Assembly: GCA_041497895.1 (NCBI GenBank)
Contig: JBGQHJ010000026.1
Span: 1-40,835, forward strand
Direction: 5' to 3'
DNA length: 40,835 bases
Source: Candidatus Methylomirabilia bacterium
GTDB lineage: Bacteria > Methylomirabilota > Methylomirabilia > Rokubacteriales > CSP1-6
Position 1 is the stretch's first letter, and each line of letters opens with the position of its first letter. Below the pieces are notes generated by a model that saw only the letters and a list, made by a program, of their open reading frames with translations, had not been told where the DNA came from and did not search any database. The translations under genes were made by a program, and so were the position numbers. Positions 17,254 through 30,143 of the stretch are shown in pieces.

Positions 17254-18192
17254 GTGGCGCTCCCGCACACCGTCGGCATCCCGGCCGTGCGGGCGCGCGC
17301 CTCCGTCTGGCGGCGCGCCCGCACCCGGGAGGCCGGGACGGCGCTCCTGTTCCTGCTGCCGCTGTTCGTCCTGGTGGTGGCCCTCATCGTCTACCCGGTG
17401 TACCGGGCGGTCTGGCTCTCGCTCACCGACAAGCTGGTGGGCTATCCCGAGCGGTTCGTGGGCCTCCGCAACTACGCCTACCTGGCACAGGACGACACCT
17501 TCCGCGCGGTCATCCGCAACAGCCTCGTCTTCACGGTGGGCTCGGTGGGCCTCAAGGTGATCACCGGGGTGCTGATGGCGCTGGTGCTCAACAACGTCAT
17601 CCGCGGCCGAAACTTCCTCCGCGGGCTCTTCCTGCTGCCCTGGATCACCTCGACCGTGATCATCGCGCTCACCTGGCGGTGGATGTTCGACGCCTTCCCC
17701 GGCCGCGGCTTCTTCAACAGCGTGCTGCTCGACGCGGGGCTGCTGCACCGGCCGATCGCGTTCATGGCCACTCCCGAGGGCGCCATGATGGCGGTGATCG
17801 TGGCCAACTGGTGGCGCGGCTTCCCGTTCTTCGGAGTGTCGTTCCTGGCCGGGCTCGCGGCCATTCCCCGCGAGCTCTACGAGGCGGCCTCGGTGGACGG
17901 GGCCTCCGCCTGGCGGCGGTTCTGGCACGTGACGCTCCCCGGGCTCAAGCACGTGATGATCGTCACCACGCTGCTGAGCTTCATCCTGACCATCAACGAC
18001 TTCAACATCGTCTACGTGATGACCCGCGGCGGACCCGGCACCGCGACCCAGGTCTTCGCGACCTACTCCTACCAGGTGGCGTTCGGCCAGCTTCGCTGGG
18101 GGCGCGGGGTGACCATCTGCCTCTTCGTGGTCCCGATCCTGGTGCTCGGGATCGTCCTGATCAGCCGCTACCTGCTCCGCGACCGCAAGTAG
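17254..18192 (+). CDS. Carbohydrate ABC transporter permease (MalF-like)
   Basis: FVGLRNY; ELYEAASVDGASAWRRFWHVTLP; MTRGGP. Confidence 0.92.
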   Translation: MALPHTVGIPAVRARASVWRRARTREAGTALLFLLPLFVLVVALIVYPVYRAVWLSLTDKLVGYPERFVGLRNYAYLAQDDTFRAVIRNSLVFTVGSVGLKVITGVLMALVLNNVIRGRNFLRGLFLLPWITSTVIIALTWRWMFDAFPGRGFFNSVLLDAGLLHRPIAFMATPEGAMMAVIVANWWRGFPFFGVSFLAGLAAIPRELYEAASVDGASAWRRFWHVTLPGLKHVMIVTTLLSFILTINDFNIVYVMTRGGPGTATQVFATYSYQVAFGQLRWGRGVTICLFVVPILVLGIVLISRYLLRDRK

Positions 18193-18259
18193 CCGCCCAG
18201 GAAACAGCCAGGAACCAGGATGATCACCTCAAACGGAATGGTGGATGTGGTGGGGGGGC

Positions 18260-18290
18260 ATGGGGGAGGAGCGGCGCCGCTCCCCCCCAT
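18260..18290. repeat. REP-like palindrome ATGGGGGAGGAGCGGCGCCGCTCCCCCCCAT
   Basis: Near-perfect inverted repeat (one bulge) preceded by a G7 run, in the gap between two permeases. Confidence 0.65.
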
Positions 18291-18299
18291 TCAGAAGGG

Positions 18300-19121
18300 G
18301 TGCTCCGGTTGAAAGCCCTCGCCCTTCTTGGCCTGGCCCTGTTCCTCCTGATCATCCTGGTGCCGTTCTGGTGGATCGCCAGCATGTCGTTCAAGACCTA
18401 CGAGCAGATCCAGTTCGCCACCAGCATCTACGTGCCGAACCCGTTCACCTGGGAGAACTACTCCGGGCTCTGGACCGAGACCCGTTTCCCGCTCTGGCTA
18501 CGCAACAGCCTGGTGACCGCGCTGGTGGTGACCGCCACCACCACGGTGGTGGCGAGCCTCGGCGGCTACGCGGTGGCGCGCCTGCGCTTTCCCGGGCGCG
18601 AGTCGGTGGCGAGCCTGATCCTGATCCTCTACCTGATCCCGCCCGCGCTGCTCTTCATCCCGCTCTACCGGGTGCTGGCCGAGCTGGGTGCGACCAACCG
18701 CCTCGCGTCGCTCTTCCTCTCCTATCCGACCTTCACGGTGCCCTTCTGCACCTGGCTCCTGATCGGCTTCTTCAAGGCGTTACCCGATGAGCTGGAGGAG
18801 GCCGCGCTCATAGACGGGGCCGGACGGGTCACCGCATTCTGGCGGGTCCTGCTGCCGCTCGCCGCTCCCGGCCTGGTGGCCTCCGCCATCTTCGCCTTCA
18901 CGCTCTCGTGGAACGAGTTCCTCTACGCGCTGGTCTTCATCCAGGACGAGCAGGCGATCACGGTGCCGGTGGGCCTCAACCTGCTCATCTACGGCGACGT
19001 CTTCCACTGGGGCCAGCTCATGGCCGCCTCGGTGATCACCACGCTCCCGGTGGTCGCCCTCTACGTGTTCATCCACCGGTGGATGGTGGAGGGGCTGGTC
19101 GCGGGCTCGGTGAAGGGCTAG
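18300..19121 (+). CDS. Carbohydrate ABC transporter permease (MalG-like)
   Basis: ELEEAALIDGAG EAA loop; WNEFLYA; WGQLMAAS; GLVAGSVKG C-terminus. Start is GTG 18300 or TTG 18309. Confidence 0.9.
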   Translation: MLRLKALALLGLALFLLIILVPFWWIASMSFKTYEQIQFATSIYVPNPFTWENYSGLWTETRFPLWLRNSLVTALVVTATTTVVASLGGYAVARLRFPGRESVASLILILYLIPPALLFIPLYRVLAELGATNRLASLFLSYPTFTVPFCTWLLIGFFKALPDELEEAALIDGAGRVTAFWRVLLPLAAPGLVASAIFAFTLSWNEFLYALVFIQDEQAITVPVGLNLLIYGDVFHWGQLMAASVITTLPVVALYVFIHRWMVEGLVAGSVKG

Positions 19122-19144
19122 AATTTCCTGCCAGGAGGCCTCCC

Positions 19145-20059
19145 ATGGCGACCATCCGAGCCACGCTGACGATCACCCCGGTGCATCCCGCGTTCGGGGC
19201 CGAGGTCTCCGGTGTCGACCTCACCCGGCCGCTCGACGACGCCACCTTCGAGCGGATCGCGACCGCGTTCGACGACCACTCGGTGCTCGTCTTCCGGGGT
19301 CAGGCTCTCACCGACGAGCAGCAGATGGTCTTCAGCGAGCGTTGGGGCCCCCTCGAGACCACCGTGCGCACCCTCGGCGGGGAGGACCGGCTTGGCGCCC
19401 ACATCGTGGACCTCTCCAACACCGATGCGGAGGGCAAGCTGATGGGCTGGGAGGACCGCCGGATGCTCTACCAGTCCGGCAACCAGCTCTGGCACAGCGA
19501 CAGCTCGTTCAAGCCGGTGCCCGCGCATTCCTCCGCGCTCTCCGCGCGCGTGGTGCCGCCCGAGGGCGGCGACACCGAGTTCGCGAGCATGCGGGTGGCG
19601 TACGAGCACCTGCCCGAGGACCTGCGCCGTGACCTGGATCATCGAGTCGTCGTCCACAGCTTCGGCTTTTCGCGCAGCATGATCGATCCCGGCATTGGCA
19701 CCGAGATCGGCCGCGACTACCCGCCGGTGCGCCACGCGCTGGTGCGCGCCAACCCGCGCAACGGACGGCGGTCGCTCTACATCGGCTCGCACGCCTGGTA
19801 CATCGAGGGGCTCGGGCTCGACGAGAGCCGCATCCTGATCGCGCGGCTGCTCGAGCAGACGACGCGGCCCGACCGCGTCTACCGGCACCGCTGGCAGGTG
19901 GGAGATCTGGTGATGTGGGACAACCGCTGCGTGCTACATCGCGGCCGCCCGTGGGACAGCGCGCGCCACGAGCGGGTCATGCATCGCACCACGGTGGCGG
20001 GCGACGGAGCCACTGCGGATCCCGCCTTTCTCCACGAGCTGACGGCGACCCGATCCTGA
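19145..20059 (+). CDS. TauD/TfdA family Fe(II)/2OG dioxygenase (TfdA-like)
   Basis: AGGAGG RBS; GNQLWHSDSSF (HxD), GGDTEFA, WDNRCVLHR and MHRTTV. Confidence 0.92.
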   Translation: MATIRATLTITPVHPAFGAEVSGVDLTRPLDDATFERIATAFDDHSVLVFRGQALTDEQQMVFSERWGPLETTVRTLGGEDRLGAHIVDLSNTDAEGKLMGWEDRRMLYQSGNQLWHSDSSFKPVPAHSSALSARVVPPEGGDTEFASMRVAYEHLPEDLRRDLDHRVVVHSFGFSRSMIDPGIGTEIGRDYPPVRHALVRANPRNGRRSLYIGSHAWYIEGLGLDESRILIARLLEQTTRPDRVYRHRWQVGDLVMWDNRCVLHRGRPWDSARHERVMHRTTVAGDGATADPAFLHELTATRS

Positions 20060-20090
20060 TCCCTCCGGACCGGGCCGCCGCCTGATCTAG

Positions 20091-20768
20091 CTAGCCGGCG
20101 CTGGGCCGGTTCTCTTCCGCGGCCGCGGGCTCGTGACTCCCGTCCTCGGGCGCCATGCCGCGCATGCCCGGGCCCTGCGGCCCGCGATGCTGCCACCGCT
20201 GGGCGAGCAGCGCGCGCAGCTTGTCACGCTGCTCCGGCGTCAGCACCTGGCGGCTCTGCTCCATGGTGCGGATCCGCGCCACGCGCCCATCCGCGCGCAG
20301 CTTCTCGATCTCGCGCACCTTGGTCTCGATCTTGGAGAGGTCCCGCGCCTTGTTGGCGTCCGCGGGGTCCGGCATCATCATCGTGCGCAGGTCCAGCTCG
20401 GCCAGGCGACGGTCGGCCTGCCGCTTGATGGCGTCACGCTGCGCGTCCGTGCCGAGCTTGCGCAGGCTGTCCACCTGCGCCGGGGTCAGCGCCAGCTCCT
20501 GGCGGTGACGGAGCGCCAGTCCCGCCAGCGAGAAGCGGTGCATCTTGTGCCGGTGCCAGCCCCCGTGGCCGTGCATCGGTCCCTGCCGGCGCTCGCCCAT
20601 TCCGGGGCGCGGGGCGTCGGGCTGCGCCTGGGTGAGCTGTACCGCATCTGGCCCCTCCGCGGCGGCTGGCGGCGTCTGTGCCGCCGCGGGCAGGGTCATG
20701 CCAAGTACCAGGGCCAGTCCCCCGATTGTGCCGGCGAATGTGCTGGCGAGTGCGCTTCGAGCCTTCAT
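20091..20768 (-). CDS. Spy/CpxP-like periplasmic protein
   Basis: GGAGG RBS; signal peptide; two LTxxQ motifs (LTPAQ, LTPEQ); His/Met/Gly-rich N-terminal stretch. Confidence 0.8.
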   Translation of the reverse strand: MKARSALASTFAGTIGGLALVLGMTLPAAAQTPPAAAEGPDAVQLTQAQPDAPRPGMGERRQGPMHGHGGWHRHKMHRFSLAGLALRHRQELALTPAQVDSLRKLGTDAQRDAIKRQADRRLAELDLRTMMMPDPADANKARDLSKIETKVREIEKLRADGRVARIRTMEQSRQVLTPEQRDKLRALLAQRWQHRGPQGPGMRGMAPEDGSHEPAAAEENRPSAG

Positions 20769-20852
20769 GGCGTCCTCCTCCTTGCCCGTCGTGGCGGGCG
20801 GGTCAACAACGGGGACCCCCAGGGCCCCCGATAGGTTCCACCCTTCTGCTCA

Positions 20853-20883
20853 TATTGACGAGCCACCGGGGTGGCGCGTTGAC
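20853..20883 (-). promoter_or_regulatory. Candidate ECF sigma promoter (GTCAAC-N17-CGTCAAT) for the Spy/CpxP gene
   Basis: AAC-N17-CGTC; shares GCTCGTCA with the motif at 5856. Confidence 0.4.
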
Positions 20884-20908
20884 CGGGGGGCGGAGAAGGA
20901 GCAGGGGG

Positions 20909-24499
<3,591 letters not shown>

Positions 24500-24500
24500 G

Positions 24501-25784
24501 TCAGGCCCGCGCGCGCAGCCGGCCGGCCACCGCGCGCACCTTGCGGGGCGCCGCGAGCCAGATCGCCACCGCGGAGACGACGCTGCAGCCGATCGCGATC
24601 TGGAAGGCCAGGACGTAGTTGCCGGTGTGGTCGTGCAGCACCCCGGTGAGCCACGGACCCACCGCGCCGCCCGCGATCGAGGAGAGCATCAGGGTGCCGA
24701 AGATCGAGCCGTAGTGCCGGCCCTGGAAGATCTCGGCCGGGATCGCCCCCACCACCGACGTGAGGCCGTAGCCGAGCATGCCCTGCGCGACCACCATCAC
24801 GTAGAGGAGCGTCATGGTGGGGGAGTCGGCGAGCCGCAGCAGGGCCGCGTAGCAGATCGCGAAGCCGAGCGCGCCCACCGTCCACACCCACTCGCGCCCG
24901 ATGCGGTCCGAGAGCCATCCGAGCGCGATCTGACCCGGGATGCCGGCCAGGCTCACGATGCCGAGGGCCCACGCCGCGTCGGTCGGACGGAAGCCGATCT
25001 CGATCAGGTACTTGGTCTGGTGCACCTGCACCGCGTACCAGGCGAAGAGGCCCATGAAGTAGCCGATCGCGATCCACCAGAAGCGGGCGGTGCGGGCCGC
25101 GCGCCCGAGCGTCCAGTCCACCGCGGCCCACGCGGCGTCGATCACGTTGGAGGGTCGGGCCGCGGCGGCGCCCGCGGCCGTGCGGTCGCCGTCGGGCTCG
25201 AGCCCCATGTCCTCCGGCCGCTGCCGCAGCAGGAGGTTGAGGGGCACCAGCAGGAGCAGGACGAGCAGCCCCATGGCCCAGCACGCGGTGCGCCACCCGA
25301 AGCGTCCGATGAGCGTCTGCATCCACGGCAGCAGGATGACCGAGCCCACCCCGACGCCGGAGAACGCGAGGCTCATCGCCAGGCCGCGCCGGCGCACGAA
25401 CCAGTTGGGCAGGAAGAGCGACTGCCCGGTGTAGCCGATGCAGACGCTGCCGCCGCCCACCATGACCCCGAGGGTGGCGTAGAGGTGCCAGGGCCGGCTC
25501 ACCAGGGTGGCCAGCAACAGGCCGGCCCCGATCAGGAGCACGCCCAGCTCGATGACCACGCGCGGTCCGCGGCGGTCCATGAGCCGGCCGAGGGACGGGC
25601 TCAGCACCGCGGAGACGAGGAAGCCGAACGAGAAGGCGCCCGCGGTGAGCCCCCGCTCCCAGCCGAACTCGTCGAGGATCGGGGGGAAGAGTAGGGAGAA
25701 CGCGGTGCGCGCGTTGATTCCCACGCCCATGGTGACGAAGACCACCGCCACGACGACCCAGCCGTAGAAGATGGGCAGGCGCAT
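24501..25784 (-). CDS. MFS transporter (OFA-like)
   Basis: FYGWVVV start; motif A GRLMDRRGPR and GWLSDRIGR; about 12 TM segments. Confidence 0.92.
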   Translation of the reverse strand: MRLPIFYGWVVVAVVFVTMGVGINARTAFSLLFPPILDEFGWERGLTAGAFSFGFLVSAVLSPSLGRLMDRRGPRVVIELGVLLIGAGLLLATLVSRPWHLYATLGVMVGGGSVCIGYTGQSLFLPNWFVRRRGLAMSLAFSGVGVGSVILLPWMQTLIGRFGWRTACWAMGLLVLLLLVPLNLLLRQRPEDMGLEPDGDRTAAGAAAARPSNVIDAAWAAVDWTLGRAARTARFWWIAIGYFMGLFAWYAVQVHQTKYLIEIGFRPTDAAWALGIVSLAGIPGQIALGWLSDRIGREWVWTVGALGFAICYAALLRLADSPTMTLLYVMVVAQGMLGYGLTSVVGAIPAEIFQGRHYGSIFGTLMLSSIAGGAVGPWLTGVLHDHTGNYVLAFQIAIGCSVVSAVAIWLAAPRKVRAVAGRLRARA

Positions 25785-25804
25785 GAAGCGGGATTGTACG
25801 CCGT

Positions 25805-25833
25805 TTGACTCCACGGTGGGGATTTGCCAGGAT
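25805..25833 (+). promoter_or_regulatory. Sigma70-type promoter TTGACT-N17-CAGGAT
   Basis: Near-consensus -35, 17 bp spacer, TG extension; upstream of the SDR at 25930. Confidence 0.5.
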
Positions 25834-25929
25834 GTGCCGGCCGATCTCGACCCTTCGCGGTTCACTACGCAGCGCGTCGGCGCGGCGCGGGCACCAGGTA
25901 CGGACCCGCCGCGCGTGTGAGGACTGCCC

Positions 25930-26778
25930 ATGACCCCTCCGAACACCGTCCTCGACGTCACGCAGCACGAGCACAGCGCCGGCCGGGCGGGCGACAAGCT
26001 CAAGGGCCGGGTGGCCTTCGTGACCGGCGGTACCCGCGGCATCGGCGCCGCCATCTGCCGCAGCCTGGCCAGCCAGGGGGCGGTCCTCGCCGCCGGCTAC
26101 GCGGGCAACGACGACGCGGCCAGCAAGTTCCGGGACAGCTTCGCGTCCGCCTACTCCACCGCGGTGAGCATCCACAAGGGCAACGTGGGCGAGGCGGCGG
26201 ACTGCCGGCGCACCATCGACGAGGTGATCGCGATCCACGGCCGTCTCGACATCCTCGTGAACAACGCGGGCATCACCATCGACAAGACCGTGCTCAAACT
26301 CTCCGACGAGGACTGGTACAAGGTGCTGAACGTCAACCTCTCCGGCGCGTTCTTCCTCTCGCAGGCCGCGCTGCGCCACATGGCGGAGCGGGGGAGCGGG
26401 CGCATCGTGAACGTCTCGTCGGTCATCGGCGAGATGGGCAACATCGGGCAGGCCAACTACGCGGCGTCGAAGTCGGGCCTGTTCGGTCTCACCAAGACCC
26501 TGGCCCGGGAGGCCGCCTTCCTGCTCGCCAAGGCGGGGCGCCTCGCCGATCCGGACGGGGTCGGGCTCACCATCAACACCGTGACCCCTGGCTTCATCGC
26601 CACCGAGATGCTCGAGCACATCCCGGCCAAGGTGCTGGAGCGGATCGTCGGCCAGATCCCGCTCGGCCGGCTCGGCAAGCCCGAGGAGGTGGCGCGCGTC
26701 GTGCACTTCCTGGCCGCCGACGCGTCGGGCTACATCACCGGCCAGGTCTGGGGCGTCAACGGCGGCCTGGACATGTAG
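25930..26778 (+). CDS. SDR, acetoacetyl-CoA reductase (PhaB)/FabG-like
   Basis: TGGTRGIG, NNAGIT, GNIGQANYAASK, PGFIATEM, IPLGRLG and VNGGLDM C-terminus. Confidence 0.88.
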   Translation: MTPPNTVLDVTQHEHSAGRAGDKLKGRVAFVTGGTRGIGAAICRSLASQGAVLAAGYAGNDDAASKFRDSFASAYSTAVSIHKGNVGEAADCRRTIDEVIAIHGRLDILVNNAGITIDKTVLKLSDEDWYKVLNVNLSGAFFLSQAALRHMAERGSGRIVNVSSVIGEMGNIGQANYAASKSGLFGLTKTLAREAAFLLAKAGRLADPDGVGLTINTVTPGFIATEMLEHIPAKVLERIVGQIPLGRLGKPEEVARVVHFLAADASGYITGQVWGVNGGLDM

Positions 26779-26807
26779 CGAACACCTTCCCACAGGAGAT
26801 CCCGATC

Positions 26808-27572
26808 ATGTGCGTGGACGACGATTCCTTTCCTCCCATTCGCCCGATCGCGGGCGGCGCGGCCGGCTCGCGCGACTTCCACCTCGTCTCGGCCGACGGC
26901 ACCCGCGTCATGGCCCACGTGGCCCGCGCGGCCAAGCCCACCGGCGCCGGCATGGTGGTGATCCCGGACGTGCGTGGCCTGCACCCGTACTACAAGGAGC
27001 TGGCCGATCGCTTCGCCGAGATCGGCGTCGACTCGGTCGCGATCGACTTCTTCGCGCGCACCGCGCCCGGCGAGGACCGCAGCGAGAAGTTCGACTTCAT
27101 GGCCCAGGTGCCGCTGACCACGCCGGAGACGCTCCAGGCCGACATCGCCGCGGGCGCGGCGTACCTGCGCACGCCCGACGGCGGGCAGGTGAAGTCGCTC
27201 TACTCGGTGGGCTTCTGCTTCGGCGGCGCGCTCTCCTACCTGCAGGCCGCGAGCGGGCTCGGCTACGCGGGGGTCATCGGCTTCTACGGCTGGCCGTCGG
27301 GCCTCAAGCGCTGGCCGGACCGTCCCAAACCGGTCGACGCGGTGCCGCGCTACAAGTGCCCGGTGCAGTCAATCTTCGGGGGCGCCGACGAGGGCATCCC
27401 GCAGGCGGACGTGGACGCGTTCGACCAGGCGTGCCGCAAGGCGGGGCTCAAGCACGACCTGAAGGTGTACCCGGGGGCGCCGCACAGCTTCTTCGACCGC
27501 AAGTACACCGAGTTCGCGGAGGCGTCGGCCGACGCGTGGAAGCGCGTGCAGGCCTTCGTCACCGGAAAGTAG
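26808..27572 (+). CDS. Dienelactone hydrolase family protein
   Basis: AGGAG RBS; PDVRGL; GFCFGG nucleophile Cys; GGAD; YPGAPHSFF. Confidence 0.9.
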   Translation: MCVDDDSFPPIRPIAGGAAGSRDFHLVSADGTRVMAHVARAAKPTGAGMVVIPDVRGLHPYYKELADRFAEIGVDSVAIDFFARTAPGEDRSEKFDFMAQVPLTTPETLQADIAAGAAYLRTPDGGQVKSLYSVGFCFGGALSYLQAASGLGYAGVIGFYGWPSGLKRWPDRPKPVDAVPRYKCPVQSIFGGADEGIPQADVDAFDQACRKAGLKHDLKVYPGAPHSFFDRKYTEFAEASADAWKRVQAFVTGK

Positions 27573-28605
27573 GGATCACCTCGCGGGTGAGGATGTCGAG
27601 CGTCCGGCGCATCTGATCGAGGGAGAGGAGGCCACTGGGGTTCAGCTCGGCGACGATGCCGGCGAGCCCCAGATCCTCCGCGATCTCGCCCAGGCGGTCC
27701 CGGAGCTCCGCCGCGGTGCCGAAGGCGACGCGCGTCTTGAGCAGCTCGTCGTACGACATCGCGCCGATGCGGTCCGCCATCGACTGGCGCCGGTCGCCGG
27801 GGCCGGTGTCGCCCCGGCCGAGCCCGGAGCGGATCAGCTCGATGTGGCGCTGGAAGAAGTAGGTCATCGCCTCCCGCGGCTCCTCGCGTGCGGCCTGCTC
27901 GGTCGGGGCCGCGTAGACCGGGATGCGCAGGTAGACGTCCGCCGCGCCCGCCTGTCCCGACTCGCGCCAGGCATCGCGGTACGCCTTGAGGTGCCCGCGC
28001 AGCCGCGGGATGTCGAGATCGCGCAGCCCGATGAACAGCGGCAACCCGAGCCGCGCGACCTGGGGGAAGGTCTCGGGCGAGTTCGCGGCCATCCGGAGCG
28101 GCGGGTGCGGCACCTGGTAGGGCGTGGGCGCGACGGTCACGGTGGGGAAGCGGTAGAACTGGCCCTGGTAGCTGAACGGCTGGCCCTTCCAGGCCTGGCG
28201 AATGATCTCGAGACACTCGAGGAAGCGGGCCTGGCTCTCCCCGTAGGGCACCCCGAGCAGATCGTAGGTGCGCGCCGAGCCGCTGCGGCCGATGCCGAAG
28301 TCGAGGCGGCCCTCGCTGAGCTGATCCACCGTGGCCGCCTCCTCCGCGATGCGCAGCGGGTTGCCGAGCGGGAGGACCTGCACCGCGATCCCGATCCGGA
28401 GGCGGCGAGTGCGCGCGGCCAGGAAGCTGGCGAAGGCGAGCGGGGCCGACTGGATCGAGCGGGAGCCGTTGAAATGGATCTCGCCGAGCCAGATACCGTC
28501 GAGGCCCCCGGCCTCGGCCGCCTCCGCCAGCCCGATCGTCTCGCGCAGCGTGGCGCTCTCGCTGACCCCACGGCGCCTCTCCTCGAGAAAGATCCCGAAG
28601 TGCAT
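27559..28605 (-). CDS. LLM-class flavin-dependent oxidoreductase (luciferase-like)
   Basis: MHFGIF, WLGEIHF, PLRIAEEAATVDQLSEGRLDFGIGR and PYQVPHPP. Confidence 0.9.
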   Translation of the reverse strand: MHFGIFLEERRRGVSESATLRETIGLAEAAEAGGLDGIWLGEIHFNGSRSIQSAPLAFASFLAARTRRLRIGIAVQVLPLGNPLRIAEEAATVDQLSEGRLDFGIGRSGSARTYDLLGVPYGESQARFLECLEIIRQAWKGQPFSYQGQFYRFPTVTVAPTPYQVPHPPLRMAANSPETFPQVARLGLPLFIGLRDLDIPRLRGHLKAYRDAWRESGQAGAADVYLRIPVYAAPTEQAAREEPREAMTYFFQRHIELIRSGLGRGDTGPGDRRQSMADRIGAMSYDELLKTRVAFGTAAELRDRLGEIAEDLGLAGIVAELNPSGLLSLDQMRRTLDILTREVIPTFR

Positions 28606-28628
28606 GAGTCCGGTTCCTCCGCCCGCGC

Positions 28629-28657
28629 ATCTTGCGCCGGGCGACCTGCGTCGTCAA
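28629..28657 (-). promoter_or_regulatory. Sigma70-type promoter TTGACG-N17-CAAGAT for the LLM gene
   Basis: -35 overlaps the upstream stop codon; 17 bp spacer; GGAGG RBS follows. Confidence 0.5.
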
Positions 28658-29199
28658 GTCACCCCGCCGAGCCACGCCTCCGCGGCCCGCGGCGAGCGCA
28701 GGTGGAGGATCCGGGCGTGGGGGCGCGGTTCCGCGAAGAGGCGGGGCAGGTCGCGGCGGTAGCGCCAGTAGGTCGTGAAGAGCCAGTGGAAGAGCGAGCG
28801 ATCCGACCAGACCATCGCGTGCTCCCGGACGTTCTCGCGGTTGCCGTTCCAGAGGACCTCGCGGGTGACCGCGCGGCGGAGAGTCCGAGTGGTCAGCCGG
28901 CCCAGGACGAGCGGCAGCGTGTAATCGAGCCGGACGATGGTGTCCGCGCACGGCCACAGGAGGTTGCGGCCCGCGCCATAGTTGCCGGCCACCACCCACG
29001 TGGGCCCGGCAGTTGCCGCGGCGACTCGTGCCCGGAAGACGTGAGGCTCGGCCGGTGTCCAGCCCGAGCCCCAGAAGAGCGCATCCAACTCCACGAAGTC
29101 GGCCTCGATGCGGCCGGCGAGCCTCCGGGCCAGGGTGGACTTGCCGGCCGCGGTCGCGCCGACCACCACCACGTGCCGCGGCCGGGCGTCGGGTTCCAC
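28654..29199 (-). CDS. P-loop kinase-like protein (adenylate kinase-like/FlaR family)
   Basis: Walker A GATAAGKSTLA; ELDALFW; WVVAGNY; LWNGNRE. Confidence 0.82.
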   Translation of the reverse strand: MEPDARPRHVVVVGATAAGKSTLARRLAGRIEADFVELDALFWGSGWTPAEPHVFRARVAAATAGPTWVVAGNYGAGRNLLWPCADTIVRLDYTLPLVLGRLTTRTLRRAVTREVLWNGNRENVREHAMVWSDRSLFHWLFTTYWRYRRDLPRLFAEPRPHARILHLRSPRAAEAWLGGVT

Positions 29200-29209
29200 C
29201 GACGAGCCG

Positions 29210-30061
29210 CTAGATCTCCGAGTAGCCGCTCCCGCGGCTGTCGACGCCGCGTCCGCGGGCGGTCTCGATCCAGCCGAACTCCCGGAGGATCTGCTGGCTG
29301 TAGGTGACCCGGCCGCTCACGCGCTCGAGCGGCTCGGTGGCGAGCAGGAGCGCGGCCCGCGCCATCAGGATCGGGGGCTCGCCGCGCGGATCGTCGAGGC
29401 CGCTGACCAGGCGGTGATACACGGTGCCCGGCGTGGGTACGACCTGCGACGGAGCGAGGGAGGTGACCGAGACGCCGTACTGGTAGACCTCGGACGCGAG
29501 CCCCTGGGTGAACCGCTCGAGCGCGGCCTTCTCGGCTCCGTAGCACGTGCCGCCGCGGGCGCCCACCGCCGGGTCGGGGTAGGGCCCGCGCCCGGGCCCG
29601 ATGGCCGAGCCCGAGGAGATGTTGACGATGGCGCCGCGGCCGCGCGGGATCATGTCGGCGAGGACCAGCTGGCTCAGGACGAACGGGGCCTGGAAGTTCA
29701 CCGCCCACGAGCGCAGCCACTTGCCGATCGGGTAGTCCTTGATCGGGATGTAATAGGTCAGCGCCGCGTTGTTCACGAGCACGTCGATCGGGCCGAAGCG
29801 CTCGCGCGCCTCGCGGACAAGCCGCTCGCACTCGGCCGGCTCCGCGATGTTGGCGCCCACCGCGTGGGCCTGGCCGCCCGCCTCGCGGATGGCGGTGACC
29901 GTGCTCTCGAGCGAGCCGGCGAAGGGGTGCTGGCCTTCCTGGACGGTGCGGGCCGCGCAGACCACGCGGCCGCCCTCGGACGCGAAGAGCCGGGCGACGT
30001 CGGCCCCGATACCGCGGCTCGCCCCGGTGACCACGATGACCTTGCCGTCGAGTCGGCCCAT
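29210..30061 (-). CDS. SDR family oxidoreductase
   Basis: GGAGG RBS; TGASRGIG, LVNNAA and YGAEK (YxxxK). Confidence 0.9.
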   Translation of the reverse strand: MGRLDGKVIVVTGASRGIGADVARLFASEGGRVVCAARTVQEGQHPFAGSLESTVTAIREAGGQAHAVGANIAEPAECERLVREARERFGPIDVLVNNAALTYYIPIKDYPIGKWLRSWAVNFQAPFVLSQLVLADMIPRGRGAIVNISSGSAIGPGRGPYPDPAVGARGGTCYGAEKAALERFTQGLASEVYQYGVSVTSLAPSQVVPTPGTVYHRLVSGLDDPRGEPPILMARAALLLATEPLERVSGRVTYSQQILREFGWIETARGRGVDSRGSGYSEI

Positions 30062-30143
30062 GACTACCTCCGGGCCGCTATTGTCCACGACGGCGCCGCC
30101 CGGTCAACCGGGTGGATCCCGGACGACCGGGCGGCCGCGCGAT

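Noticed and set aside
25823..25842. Sigma54-like GGCAC...GGCA on the minus strand, and TTGGCAC near 39858
   Set aside because: GG-to-GC spacing is not the required 10 nt in either case.
25824..26807. Apparent long N-terminal extensions or fusions in the ORF track (25824-27572, 32058-36089, 4491-6842, 8880-10202, 2379-3836, 17679-19121)
   Set aside because: The extensions overlap upstream genes in another frame; true starts have an RBS or a stop/start overlap downstream.
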